Origin: Camelus dromedarius
Taxonomy: Eukaryota
Reading direction: 5' to 3'
NCBI RefSeq assembly: GCF_036321535.1
Contig: NC_087443.1
Location: forward strand, 18,290,001 to 18,354,000
Length of the DNA: 64,000 nt
Shown here: positions 51,790-63,525 of the stretch, in pieces
Numbering within the stretch: position 1 is the stretch's first letter
Layout: each line of letters opens with the position of its first letter
The notes under the pieces: generated by a model
Told to the model about the DNA's origin: nothing
The model's database searches: none
The model's input: only the letters and a program-made list of their open reading frames with translations
Made by a program: the position numbers and the translations under genes

Positions 51790-52100
51790 TATAAACACCA
51801 GAAATTTAATTCTGCCAGTTTTCAATGCTGAGAAGTCCAAGACCACAGTGTGCACAGATTCCGTGTCTGGTGAGACACATGTTCTGGTTCATAGGAGGCC
51901 ATCTTTCTCTGTGTTCTCACCCATCAGAAGGGGCAAGGGGGCTGTCTCAGGCCTCTGTCACAAGGGCATTCATCCCATTTAGGAGGCCTCTGCCTTCTGA
52001 CCTAATCAGCTCCCTAAGGCCCCACCTCCTAATGCCATCACCTTAGAGGTTCAGATGCCAGCATATGAATTTGGGGGGAAATAAATATTCAGTCCTCAGC
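51790..52100. mobile_element. MLT1A-like MaLR LTR
   Basis: 'gaagtccaagacc...gtgtctggtgag...acctaatcagctccctaaggccccacctcctaatgccatcacctt...atatgaatttggggg'. Confidence 0.8.
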
Positions 52101-53699
52101 ACAGGCCTAGTAATTATTCCCCTCAGAGGAGTCTCTCATCTCACCCAGCATCCAGACAACAGAGCTTCCTTAGTGAGTAAAATGTTTTCTACTCAACCTT
52201 CTATTAGGGGCATAATCCATCCACAGACTGGCTTTATGTGCGTTTATGTCTGCACCCTTGATCCTTCCTCTTCTCCCATCAAAAGGAGTGAAGCTCGGAA
52301 AGATGCTCACCTGGTTCTGTGGACCAATAGCAGGGCCCCCTCCCCCACAGCTGACACATTGGGTCACAAACTGGAGCCCTGTTCGCCCTTCCTCTTCACT
52401 CTGAGGCCTCTCCTTTTCTCTCTCCTGAGCCTGGCCAGACCATCCCACATCTGGGTGTTTGCAGAACAAGGGTGTTTGGACTGTGTGGTCTACATTTTGC
52501 CTGGACCAGGAGCTGTCATATCCTTAGCAGTTGCAACCTGCTTTGTTAACAGTGAGAAAACACATAGGCATTGAGCAAACAATAATCTTTTGTGGGGTTT
52601 TTTAGTGTAGTATTTTTTCATGCTTTCTATACGTGAAAAATAATTCTGCTTCTCTATTACTGTATTTTAAAGTATAATAAAATAAAATTTTAAAATAAAA
52701 TAAATTTAAGAATTCTGGGAAGATGGCCATGGTCATGGACACATAGTTTTTGTCTTCCAGAATCTCCACATAAACACAGAGCATAAGGTATTAAAACCAA
52801 AACCCATGGGCAATATTGATAACAAATTTAGATTACAAGGTATTCTCCCGTTACCACAAAATACAAGTGGGTGGGTAACAGCCATGAGTCCTGCCCGATA
52901 TCTCATAAGTCTGAGCAAAGTAGACTTAGCAAGTAAACAGATGCCTGAGGGCCTTGCGCGTGCTCAGTACAGTAGCAAAAACAGCATCCCCCCACTTCCC
53001 AGGAGAGCCCCACTCATGCGCGGTACAGAGGCCTAATTAGGACCAACAGCAGTGCCTTGAGATTGTTCAATGCAGAAGTCAGGCAAGGACTTGCCACTAA
53101 ATCGTAGAGGAACTTGGTTCATGCCACCAGTGACTGAGGCATAGATTTTAATCCTTGATTTCATCTTGGTTTTTAAAACTAATTCATCAGCTTTGCAGGC
53201 TATCGGGGTAGCAATTCATTATCTTGATGATGGATAAATAAATGAAAAAAAAGAAGCATCTAAACAGCCTTTCCTCTATGAACCATTTCAATGGGTGACC
53301 AAACAGTAGATGAAGGAAAGTGTCCCTTTACATTATTAAACCAGCTGATAAATGAAAAAGGAATGATGTAATTACAATAATCATCATTCTTCACCCCAAA
53401 TGGATTAACCAATGTAAGCACTGAACATCATTGCTGCTAACATCTCAAAAATAGGCAGGTAACCTGACATTATTTGTTCCTTGATGAAAAAGCACATCAA
53501 TATATAGGGTCTTATCAAACATCTTGATCCTGAGTCTGATCAAGCCTCTGAATACAGCTGAAAATCTGCAGGAAATGGAAATAAGAGAGGGATGGATTGA
53601 ACTGCATCTTGAGAACACAGTCTGCAAAGTCCATACTGGGAAGTCCTATGGGGAAAGGGCCCAGGCTCGTCCATGGATACAGGATAAGAAAGAGAAAGG

Positions 53700-54500
53700 G
53701 GTGGAGAAGGAACTTACAGACTAAAAGAGATTTAAAGACATCAGCACAATGAGCAAGCCTAATCTATAGGACCTAGAGAGGCACACCAGGGTGATAAGAA
53801 CAATAAAGAAACTCAAGGAGAGTAATAACTATAAAAATCAGGACAGTGAGTAGTTTTGGGAGGAGGGAGCTGGTTGAGATTGGGTTGGGGCACAGGGAGG
53901 GTGTGCTGGCTTGGCTGGAAAAGTACAGTTGATTGGCCTGGATGGTGGTTACAAGAGTGTTCTTCTTTTTTTTTTTTTAATGAGGTATAGTTGATATACA
54001 ATATTATAGTAGTTTCAAGTGTTCAACATAGTAATTCAGAATCTTACAGATTATACTCCATTTAAAGTTATTTAAAATATTGGCTATATTCCCTGTGTTG
54101 TACAGTGTACCCTTGTAGCTTATTTATTTACTTTTAAATTTATTTTTAAATCTCAAAATATTTATGCTCAGTAAAAGCAGCCAGATGCTTTCTGCAGTAC
54201 AGAAAGATGTCATTCATATTAAATGCTGTGTTATCTACAGTGGAAGAAAGCAGATTACTGTTTGCCTAATGACTGGAGGGAAGGAGGGAGGTGTGGATTA
54301 CAAAGAGGCATGAGGAAACTTCAGGGGGCAATGGCTATGTTTTTAATCTTAATTAGGTTGATTTTCTGGGTATATACATATGTGAAAACTGAGTGAAATA
54401 TACACTTTAAATATGTGCACTGTTTTGTACCTCATTTGTCCATCCATGAACTTGTGAATAAAGAAGCACAGACTGAATGATGTGGAGCAGTATTTCTCCC
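53700..54500. mobile_element. old L1M 3' end (+) interrupted by a younger L1 3' end (-, about 53960-54140)
   Basis: 'ggcatgaggaaacttcagggggcaatggctatg...cactttaaatatgtgcac' old L1 3'UTR; poly-T plus 'gaggtatagttgatatacaatattat' younger L1. Confidence 0.65.
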
Positions 54501-54879
54501 ATCTTTGCTGGTGTTAAGACGCCCCTGGTGCTGTGGAAAGTCCACACTCCTGGTCCTGCTGCCGAGTCTTCCAGGAAGCACCAGGTGAATTGTGCTTTCA
54601 GCAAGGGCTACATGAATAAGTTTCTGGAAAACAAAAGTTACCAAAATTAAATCTAGAAAATATAAAACTCTGTGAACAGTTGTCTTTCTTGAAAGAATTG
54701 TGAAAGTTGGTCACACATCCACCTCGGGTGGCCTGAGATGCTGGTTCTTTTGAGTTGTTTGAAAGCTTGGCAGCTATTTTACAAAGGTAGCTTCACCCCA
54801 CCCCAGCATCCACCAACACCCCCAGGATGAAACTGGGGCTTGTTTAAGTTTAAAACACACAAGTAAACATTCCTATAGA

Positions 54880-56320
54880 CACAGAGCTTATTTGTTTTAT
54901 ACTTAGTAGTTTGTGTCTCTTAATCCTTTACCCCTTCTTGGCCCTCCCCCCTTCCCTCTCACCACAAGTAAGAACTAGTTTGTACTCTATATCTGCGAGG
55001 CTATTTTGGTTTTATTATATATGTTCACTTGTTTTATATTTCAGATTCCACATGTAAGTGATAACATCCAGTATTTGTCTTCTCTGTCTGACCTATTCCT
55101 CTAAGCATAATATCCTTCAGGTCATTCCATGTTGTTTCAAATGAAAAATGTCAGCGTTTTTTATGGNNNNNNNNNNNNNNNNNNNNNNNNNNNNNNNNNN
55201 NNNNNNNNNNNNNNNNNNNNNNNNNNNNNNNNNNNNNNNNNNNNNNNNNNNNNNNNNNNNNNNNNNNNNNNNNNNNNNNNNNNNNNNNNNNNNNNNNNNN
55301 NNNNNNNNNNNCAGTTACTTAGATTGCTTCCATTTTGGGGCTGTTCTAAGTAATACTGTTATAAACATTGGGATGCAACTATCATTTTGAACTGGTGTTT
55401 TTCTTTTCTTCAANNNNNNNNNNNNNNNNNNNNNNNNNNNNNNNNNNNNNNNNNNNNNNNNNNNNNNNNNNNNNNNNNNNNNNNNNNNNNNNNNNNNNNN
55501 NNNNNNNNNNNNNNNNNNNNNNNNNNNNNNNNNNNNNNNNNNNNNTCCACTTCCTCACAAACATTTGTTATTTGTGATCTTTTTGATGATGGCCATTCTG
55601 GCAACTGTGATGTGATATCTCATTGGGGTTTTGAGGTGCATTTCTCAGATAATTAATGATGTTGAGCACCTGTTCATGTGCCTGTTGGCCATCTGGAGGT
55701 CATTTTCGGAAAAATGTCTATTCAGACCCTGTGCCCATTTTTTAATGAGGATTTGTTTGTTTGTTATTGAGTTGTGTGAGCTCTTTATATATTTTGGAAA
55801 TTACCCCTAATCAGATCTGAATTGCAGATATTTTCTCCCATTTCATTCCTCACCTTTTCAGATTGTACATTGTTTCCTTTGCTGTGCAGGAGATTTTCAG
55901 TTTGATGTAGTCTCAGTTGTTAATTTTTGCTTTCATCTCTTCTGCTTTTTGGAGTCAGCACCAACAATTTAAAACTAAATCTGACGTTAAGGAGCTCACT
56001 GCCTAGTCTTTCTTGGGGTTAAATTATTTCAGGCCTTCTATTCAAGGCTTTATCCATTTTGACTTCCTTTCTGTGTATGATATAAGATAGCAGTCCAGTG
56101 TGTTTCTTTTGCATGTAGCTGTCCAGTTTCCCCACACTATTTATTGTAGAGACTGTCCTTTCCCCTACTGTGCATTTTAGGCTTCTTTGTTGCACATTTC
56201 TTGACCATACATGTGAAGATTTATTTCTGGGCTCTGTATTCTGTTCCATTGATCTGCATATCTGTTTATATGTCAATACCTTTGGGTCACTACATTTTTG
56301 GCTTGCTTTCTTCTTCTCTA
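54880..56320 (-). mobile_element. L1 3' region with two N gaps (55167-55311, 55414-55545)
   Basis: Antisense L1 ORF2/3'UTR wording: 'gatggccattctg...gtgatatctcattggggttttg...catttctcagataattaatgatgttgagcacc'. Confidence 0.85.
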
Positions 56321-57189
56321 AATACCACCTGGAAAACCAGCAGTGGGGCAGAGCCCCCAAGGGCTGTGGGCCCTTTTTCTGGAGTTGACAAGGGGCTATA
56401 GAGCCAGCTGGGCTCACCTGCAAGCCAGTTGCAGGATAAGACATGGGACTGGGGACCTGAGGTTTCCTAGAGTCCCAGCTTCCTGCCACTTCCCAGGCAA
56501 ATACTGAGGCATATGCAGCCAGACTGCATCTCCTAGAGCTATGGAAAGAGCCCTGGGGGAGGAACTGAGGGCCCAGGGCAGAGCGACCTCCAGGTGTACC
56601 TTCTTTGAGGTACACCTCAAGAAGTCATCCAGGTAAAGAGCTCAATGGGCTCCCAGCCTGGGGATTTTGAAGATGCAGAAGGAGATGGTCCTGAGAAGAA
56701 CAGATAGAGTCCAGTGTGGCTGAACCAAGGGGAGCAAGGCCAGGTGGGCTGCTGGCAGGAGGAGGGCCTTCAGGTCTGGCTGAGGATTGGGGCTTGTCCC
56801 CAAATGCCCGAGAGATTTCTTATGTGTTAGCACAGAGACCCAAACAGATGTATCTTTTCAATATCCCTGTATTGGATCAAAGGGAGTGAGAAATGGAAGA
56901 AAAGAGCATGAATCTGGGACAGTGTCAGTGGTGGCCTGGACAGGGAGGGGGAGGGAGATTCAGAGAGGTGATGAAAGCATTTGAAGTTGGGACCCAGGGA
57001 CAGAGGAGGAGCCAACTGCATGTGGAGTGAGGAAGAAAGAGGGAGCAGACAGAGTCCCAGGTTCTGGTTTGAGCCCATTGGGAGATGGAGCTGCTGCAAG
57101 GATATGGGGAGGGGTGGGAAGAGAGTTCCAGAAGGCAGCTTGGGGCCACTTAAACCTTGGACGCTTATGAGATTAGATCAGTTCTGATA

Positions 57190-57880
57190 CACTTTATTAT
57201 TTCCTGGAAGTAGATTTGATTTACAGTGTTGTATATGTTCCTGGTGTACAACATACTGCTTCAGTTATACATGTATATATATTCTTTCTCATATTCTATT
57301 CCATTGTAAGTTATTACAAGTTACTGGATATATTTCCCAGTGTTACACAGTAGGTCTTTGTTGTTTATCAATTTTGTACATACTATTGCATACGTGTAAT
57401 CCCACACTCCTACTTTATCCCTTCCCACCACCACTTTCCCCCCTGGTAACCATAGATTGTTTTCTATGTCTGTGAGTCTGTTTCTGTTTTGTAAATAAGG
57501 TCATTTGTATCACTTATTTGTTTGTTTGTTTCCACATGTAAGATATAAATTTATCTTACTCTGAATTACTTCACTAAGTATGATAATCTCTGCATGCATT
57601 CCATTTACCTGGAAATAATATTATTTCATTAATTTTTTATGGCTGACTAGTAATCCATGGTGTGTATAGGCCACATCTTCCTTATCCATTCATCTGTCGA
57701 TGGACATGTACTTTGCTTCCACATCTTGGCTGTTGTAAATACAGCTGCTGTAAACATTAAGGAGTATGTCTGGGAAACCTAGAAATTATCATATTATGTG
57801 AAGTAAGTCAGACAAAGACAAATTATATGTGATATAAATAATATGAGGAATCTAAACAAATGAGAAAATGAATATGACTT
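57190..57880. mobile_element. L1 3'UTR (-, to about 57770) joined to a short inverted L1 fragment (+, about 57775-57880)
   Basis: 57569-57591 and 57781-57803 are inverted copies (19/23) of the same L1 3'UTR segment. Confidence 0.75.
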
Positions 57881-59062
57881 TATAATGAAACCACTGGGAA
57901 AAACCGCTTCCCAGGGGGTTTCAAGCAAGCGGCGGTACACGGATGATGAAAAATACTCTGTTCATGATGACCCAGACGCTAATTATACTGCACTTGGAAC
58001 TGGATAAAACCTGACAGCAAGCCCGAGACTTGGGGAGAGTCATTTAAGAGTAGGAACAGGAAGGAAGTAGCAAATAACATTGACAAGCCCAATGGTGATG
58101 GCAGCCATCATCTGACTGTCAGTCCCTGGGCCACTGTGGGTACAGCCAGAGAAATTGAGCCAGACAGGCTGAGTGACTGCTAAAAGGGACAGTCTCCTGC
58201 CTCCAGCACAGTGGCACTGAGTGTGGACAGTGAAGCCAGACACTGTGTGATCTCAGCTCCAGCCCTGCTACCTGAAGGCCTTGAGTCATGAACTCTGACC
58301 TCCTAGCCAGGGCCTCAGCCCCTCTCGAGTTTGCTCTGGAAATTAGAAACCCTCAGACCTCAGGATGCTCTTGTCCATCCCTCCTGTGTAGGGGAAGTTT
58401 TCTGCTGGCCACACAGAGTGGGCGAACTGGCTTTATCACACACACACGCACAAAGACACAATCACAAAGACACACACATACACACACGTGAACCACTGTA
58501 CATTGAATAAGGATGATGGGGGGATCATAAGAGGAACACACATGGAGGAGGAAGTCAGAGGAAGATAACTTGGGTCGCAGGCAACACCTCCAGGTGACAT
58601 CACTCTCCAATTTTTTAGGCCTTATTCCACTTACACCTGAGGACATCACTAGAAGTACTTGGTAGAATCATTCCCACTGTGCAGCTGGGGAGACACACCA
58701 ACCTGGACACAAACCAAGAGTTACTCAGGATGGAGAACAGGTAAGAATGAGGAGTGCAGTCTGGAAGCCAGGGCGTCTACTCACAGCTGCATGCAGACCC
58801 TCTCAGCAGCAATAGGGATGGCAGGGCTGCTGTAACTGTGGAAGAGTTGGGTTTGCATGGTGAAGGCGGTGAGCAGACAGCAGTCCAGAGGGCTGTGTGT
58901 TCAGGTGTTGTCTGAGGAAGGGGTTCCAGGAAGTGGACCGCAGGAAGTCACATCACATCCTTAACAGACCCCAACCGAAATGGAACCTGGTTACCAGGCA
59001 CCCACATTCTAGTGATGGCCCCAGAGCCAGTGCACATGGCTGGAGACAGTGGAAGACACAGG

Positions 59063-59200
59063 ATGTTCTCCTCTTGTTTCCCGGTCTCCCAGGGCTTCTC
59101 CGCCAGGAAGCCCTGGACTGCGAGGTTCTTCGGTGGCTGTAGGCGTCTGTGGAACCCTCCACCCAGGCGCCTGTGGCCTATTTTGAGGAGGTCACCTAAG
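59063..59200 (+). CDS. RALGDS-like coding exon 1 (MFSSCFPVSQG...RRLWPILRRSPK)
   Basis: ATG 59063; AAG|gtaaca; 138 nt; N-terminus typical of this paralogue family. Confidence 0.75.
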
Positions 59201-62200
59201 GTAACACAGGGTGGCCTGGAGAAGGCCAGTCTGGGACTGGTCTCCATCAGTGTCCCTCCCTGGACAGACCCACTTCCCTCATCTCCATGTCAGAGAACAG
59301 GGACTTGAGGGGAGGTGTCCCCGCTGGGCAGGAATGCCTTATTGAACGCTTGGTAAACTTGTGGTCCTGTCATGGCCGCACCCAAGGACAGGGCTGATAA
59401 GGGGCAAAGAGGACTCCTGAGGGGCATCTTCTCTGTGTCAATGGGAATACAAGGCTCCCACTTTGTCAGCTTTTCTGCCCCTGAAGGAGGTCTGTGCAGA
59501 CAGTGGTGGATGTGTGTCAGGACTGCAGATGACTTATGGGTCGGAGAACCAGACAGGGCTCTGAGGCTCCTGCCTGGCCTCTGGGCCCTGTATTTACAGG
59601 ACTCAACACATGGGATGGGACAGGACCTGGTCCATGGAGATCCCCGCTCCACCTCCCTGCAGGAGGCGCAGGTGCCCCACGACAGCAGCAGAGCCCAGGA
59701 CGTGCTCAGGGTGAGTGCGAGAGAGGAGACTCCACACCCAGGAAGCCCCAAGCCCACTGCTGCCCCAAGGTGCCTCTTAGAGACCTGCTGGCAAAGGAAT
59801 CTGATGCCCCATCTCCCCCACCTGCCCTCACAGACCAGGAACTGACTTGGGCAGATGCAAAGTCAGTGACCACATATGAGTGTGAAACTCAGAAAGAGAC
59901 TTGGACAAAACTTCAGTCTATGTAAAGTCAAGGATATTTCCGCATTTTCTACATGTTGCCCTGATTCTTCTCCATCCCGACGTGTCCACATTAACCTGAA
60001 AATCCTGAGCCCTCCCACCCCAGGCTCAGCCGCTGTGTTCTCATCCCTAGAATGGGATGTTGTGACCCGCAGGCACAGGGATGAAGTGGTGCATGCAGGG
60101 AGGGGCCGGCACTGCGGTGCTGACACAGGGATCTGAGACACTGATGCATTTCACCATCGCCCTTCGCCCCTGGTACTGGTGGTGCTGAGAATCTTGGATC
60201 TGCTCAGGGCTCCCCTGTTCCACCTCAGGCACAAGAGCTTGAGGCTTGAGGATTCGGTCTAACCTCCAGCCCCAAGTGCCTGGGGGTCCCCGGTGCTGCC
60301 TCTGACTCACGTCTCTCCTCTTTCCACCCCAGGGGGGAGCTGGACCATCAGGGAGCAGGGATGAGGCCTACAGGGCGTGGAGCCTCCAGCGACACAGGCT
60401 GGAGAAGCTGGTGGCAAAGCTGGTGCCTGCCGTCCTGGGCGGCCACCCCTCCTATGTGAACACATTTCTGGGCAGTTATCGAACATTTGCCACCGCCCAG
60501 CAGGTGCTGGACCATCTGTTCCGAAGGTGAGCACTCTGTCTTCATGGGACATTGGGGACCTGGCCACCTACCAGCAGTGCCATGAGGCATTGTTCCTCTA
60601 CCTCTTTAAGCCTCAGTTTCCCCTCTGCACACTGGGGTCAAGAGAGGATCAGGCCCTAGGAGGGTAGGAACAGAGGGAGACCTTCATGGAAGGTGCTCTC
60701 CGGGGACCTGGCTCACGGAAAGGGCAGCTGGCAGGGCTGTGGTTGTGCGAATTTGTCGTTGTCCTCCTGCCCAAGAGCTAGCGTCTGCCTCCTGTGTCAC
60801 TGGGACTTTGGCCTTGGGTGGAACTGTTTTCCCATTTCAAAGGGGATCTGTGACGCCATTAGCTGTCCCTGTCCTGGGAGAGTGAGAGCAGGGATCCCTG
60901 GGAGGGACAAGTGGGGTCCCAGGCCCACTCAGATGTGCGCTGTGGGGCCGGGTGGGCTCACTCACTCATTCCCCCAATGTATAGGAAGGGCCCCCAGGGA
61001 CAGGGGCTTTTCTAGGAACAACCATCATTTAATGCATCGAGCAGACATCAGCCCTGCCCTCCAGGGCTTCCATTCTCTCGGGTGTCACACTGTCACACTA
61101 GACAGCACATCCAGCTAGTGTGCTCGGGACAGTCCATGTGATGCCTTCCTGCTCTCCTCTAGATACGGATGCATCCTCCCTTTTACTGAGGAGGACGGGG
61201 GACCCCTGCACCAGCTGAAACAGTGAGTCTCTTGGATTGAAGCGGGAAGGACTCCTTCCCCAAACAGTGTGTGAAGCTCTGGGCTCTCTGGTTGGGCAGA
61301 GGTGGGCGGAATCCTGGATCCCACCTATCCTGCGAGTCTGGCTTGAGAGCAGAAGTCCTAGGGCTTCCCCTGGCAAAGAGGAGACGAGACCCAGAGAGCT
61401 GTGGGTGGGACTGTGGCACTGTGAGGGGCATCTGGGAGGTCAGAGGACAGAGTCAAAACTGAAGAAAACCCACAACCATCCCCTATCCATCCCATCCCTG
61501 CCCTCATGCACTTTGGGAGGCACAGAACACAAGGGGTGGAGAGCATCCTGCCCACCATCAAGTGGAGCCTCAATGATGGGGACTCAGCTGCTGCTCAGGG
61601 GACCCAGTGAGCCTCAGGGGACAGCTGAGCCCATCCTGATGTTGCTGAGTGGCAGGGGCAGAAGGAGACCCAGGCAGGGTCCCTGGAGGATTCTGCAGCC
61701 AGCAGGTGCAGGAGCTAAAGTCTGAGGAGTGTGGAGGCCCGTGGGCAGCCTGGAAGGCCGACACAGCCTGTCTGTTCCCTCCTGGCTCAGGCACTCATAG
61801 AGCAGCTCCCGTGTCCCTTAGAGGGCAGTGCCCAGAGCGCACAGCCTGCCTGTCCTCTCAGAGGTGCCATCCAGTGGGGAGGGGCAGGGAGAGGGACATA
61901 GCAGTGTGACAGGTGTCCCTGAAGCGGTGGACAGGTGGTCACACCATTGAGCCAGGGCTGTCCCTTCAGAAGGCTGGTAGCAGCGCGTCCTCTGTGTCCA
62001 AGCCCGCCTCTGCCCACACTGCCAGCTGAGATGGGACATGGAGCAGAGCCGGCCTCTGGATGGGCAGGAGCCAAAGGCAAAAAGGCCCAGGTCCCCGCAG
62101 AGCTACCCTGGGAGCCCAACGTGGTAGGAAAGGCCAAGCCTCTGACTCTGGTGTCCCCCTGACTAACCCCAGGGCCATGGCCTCCATCCTGGGCACCTGG

Positions 62201-63376
62201 CTGCTCCAATTCCCAGACGATTTCCACCAGCCTCCAGAATTCCCATGCCTTAAGACCATTGTCACTTACGTAGAGCTCAGCATGGCTGGCTCAGACCTGG
62301 AGCAGCAGGCCCACCTCCTCCTGACACAGCTGGAGCAACTGGAGCTCCCAGAGGCAGACAGTGACGGTGAGCAGGATGCAGGGTGGGGGATCTGGTGGGT
62401 GAGGGGGGGGAGGCACTGGACCACACAGAGCAGAGTCTGGGAAGACTCCCTGGGGGTGGAATCATGGAGTGAGAGTTGATTGAGTAGCAGTGAGGGCTCC
62501 CCTGGCTTTGGGAGACACGTGGGAAAGCAGTCCTATTGATAAGAGTTTCCCTTCTTGGAGCTACAGCACCAGCTCCAGAACCCGCTGGGGAAACCCCTCT
62601 GCATGGAGAGCCAGCTCCAGCTCTCCTGCCTGCGACAGCGCCAGAGCCAGAGTCAGACACAGAGCCAGAGCAGAGGGACGTGCTGTAAGTATCAGTCAGG
62701 CTCTGCTGCCTCCCGTCGCCTTCAGGGCCGGGACGCCCACTGTTCTTGAGGTGTCTGTGATTTACAATTCCGGATTATTCTTAGAGGTGATAACATATTC
62801 CTTGCGGCCTGTTGTGTCTGTGTTTTATTCTTAATATAAACATCAAAGTGCCCTACATGTCTCTGTTTGGATAGACTCACTCCTCTGCACCAGACACACA
62901 GGGCGGGGATGTGGACAAGTGACCCCAGCACGTTCCCACTCTCTCCCTGCAGGTCCTGTGAGGCAGCGGCCTCCTCTCTCTTGTCTGCTGTGGACCCAGG
63001 GCCCAGCTCAGGGCCTCCATCAACACTCCCTGAGACCCCACCCTTGGTAAGTGGCCGGTCATGTCATGATCAAGACAAGGACTTAGAAGGCAACCCCAAA
63101 TTTTGATCTTAGAGGATTGGTTTTTGTCCAGCAGTAAGACTGATGTTGTGTTTGTGTGAATGTTGCCTGTTTGTCCGACATCCATGGAGCCAGCAGCTCA
63201 CGTGCCATTCCCCATACGGCCACCAGAGGGAGGGGTGTCACTGCTTCTGAGAAACACTGTTCCATTCCAAAGTGCTCCTTCCCAATTTAGCCCTCCTCAG
63301 AACATGTTTTAGAGAGTGAGGATTTCTTTAAGCTATAGAGGTTTGGTTTTTTTCTTCAATCTCGTTTCAGGTCTAA
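59063..63376 (+). CDS. RALGDS-like (ral guanine nucleotide dissociation stimulator-like) gene, REM domain only, about 304 aa
   Basis: join(59063-59200,59600-59710,60333-60526,61163-61222,62173-62366,62567-62684,62953-63046,63371-63376). All GT-AG, frame open. LEKLVAKLVPA, YRTFATAQQVLDHLF, YGCILPFTEEDGGPLHQLK and ASILGTWL..DDFHQPPEFPCLK match remembered RALGDS. Last two exons are less certain. Confidence 0.85.
59600..59710 (+). CDS. RALGDS-like exon 2 (DSTHGMGQDLVHG...STSLQEAQV...)
   Basis: tttacag|GAC ... AGG|gtgagt; 111 nt, same length as remembered RALGDS exon 2. Confidence 0.8.
60333..60526 (+). CDS. RALGDS-like exon 3 (REM domain)
   Basis: ccccag|GGG ... AG|gtgagc; 194 nt. Confidence 0.9.
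61163..61222 (+). CDS. RALGDS-like exon 4 (YGCILPFTEEDGGPLHQLK)
   Basis: ctctag|A ... CA|gtgagt; 60 nt. Confidence 0.9.
62173..62366 (+). CDS. RALGDS-like exon 5 (AMASILGTWLLQFPDDFHQPPEFPCLK...)
   Basis: ccccag|G ... G|gtgagc; 194 nt. Confidence 0.92.
62567..62684 (+). CDS. RALGDS-like exon 6 (Pro/Ala/Glu-rich linker)
   Basis: ctacag|CA ... CT|gtaagt; APAPEP...APEPE resembles the RALGDS linker; read-through gives TAA at 62686-62688. Confidence 0.75.
62953..63046 (+). CDS. RALGDS-like putative exon 7 (SCEAAASSLLSAVDPGPSSGPPSTLPETPPL)
   Basis: ctccctgcag|G ... TTG|gtaagt; phase matches exon 6; no homology recognised. Confidence 0.55.
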
Positions 63377-63519
63377 GCTCAAACACAAGTTGGCCACTGA
63401 GTGGAAGTTGTCCCTTGGGATACACAGACATGTGTTATTCTGTGTCCAGCCCCCATCTGTGTCCACCTCTGTCCCTTCCTCTCTCCCTACAGCCGTCTGT
63501 GTTTGTAAATATCTATTTA

Positions 63520-63525
63520 AATAAA
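63520..63525 (+). terminator. AATAAA, candidate polyA signal of the RALGDS-like gene
   Basis: About 150 nt after the acceptor tttcag|GTC TAA (63370/63371); GT-rich sequence downstream. Confidence 0.5.

Noticed and set aside
59372-59845. 157-aa ORF as a stand-alone gene
   Set aside because: It is exon 2 of the RALGDS-like gene read through flanking introns.
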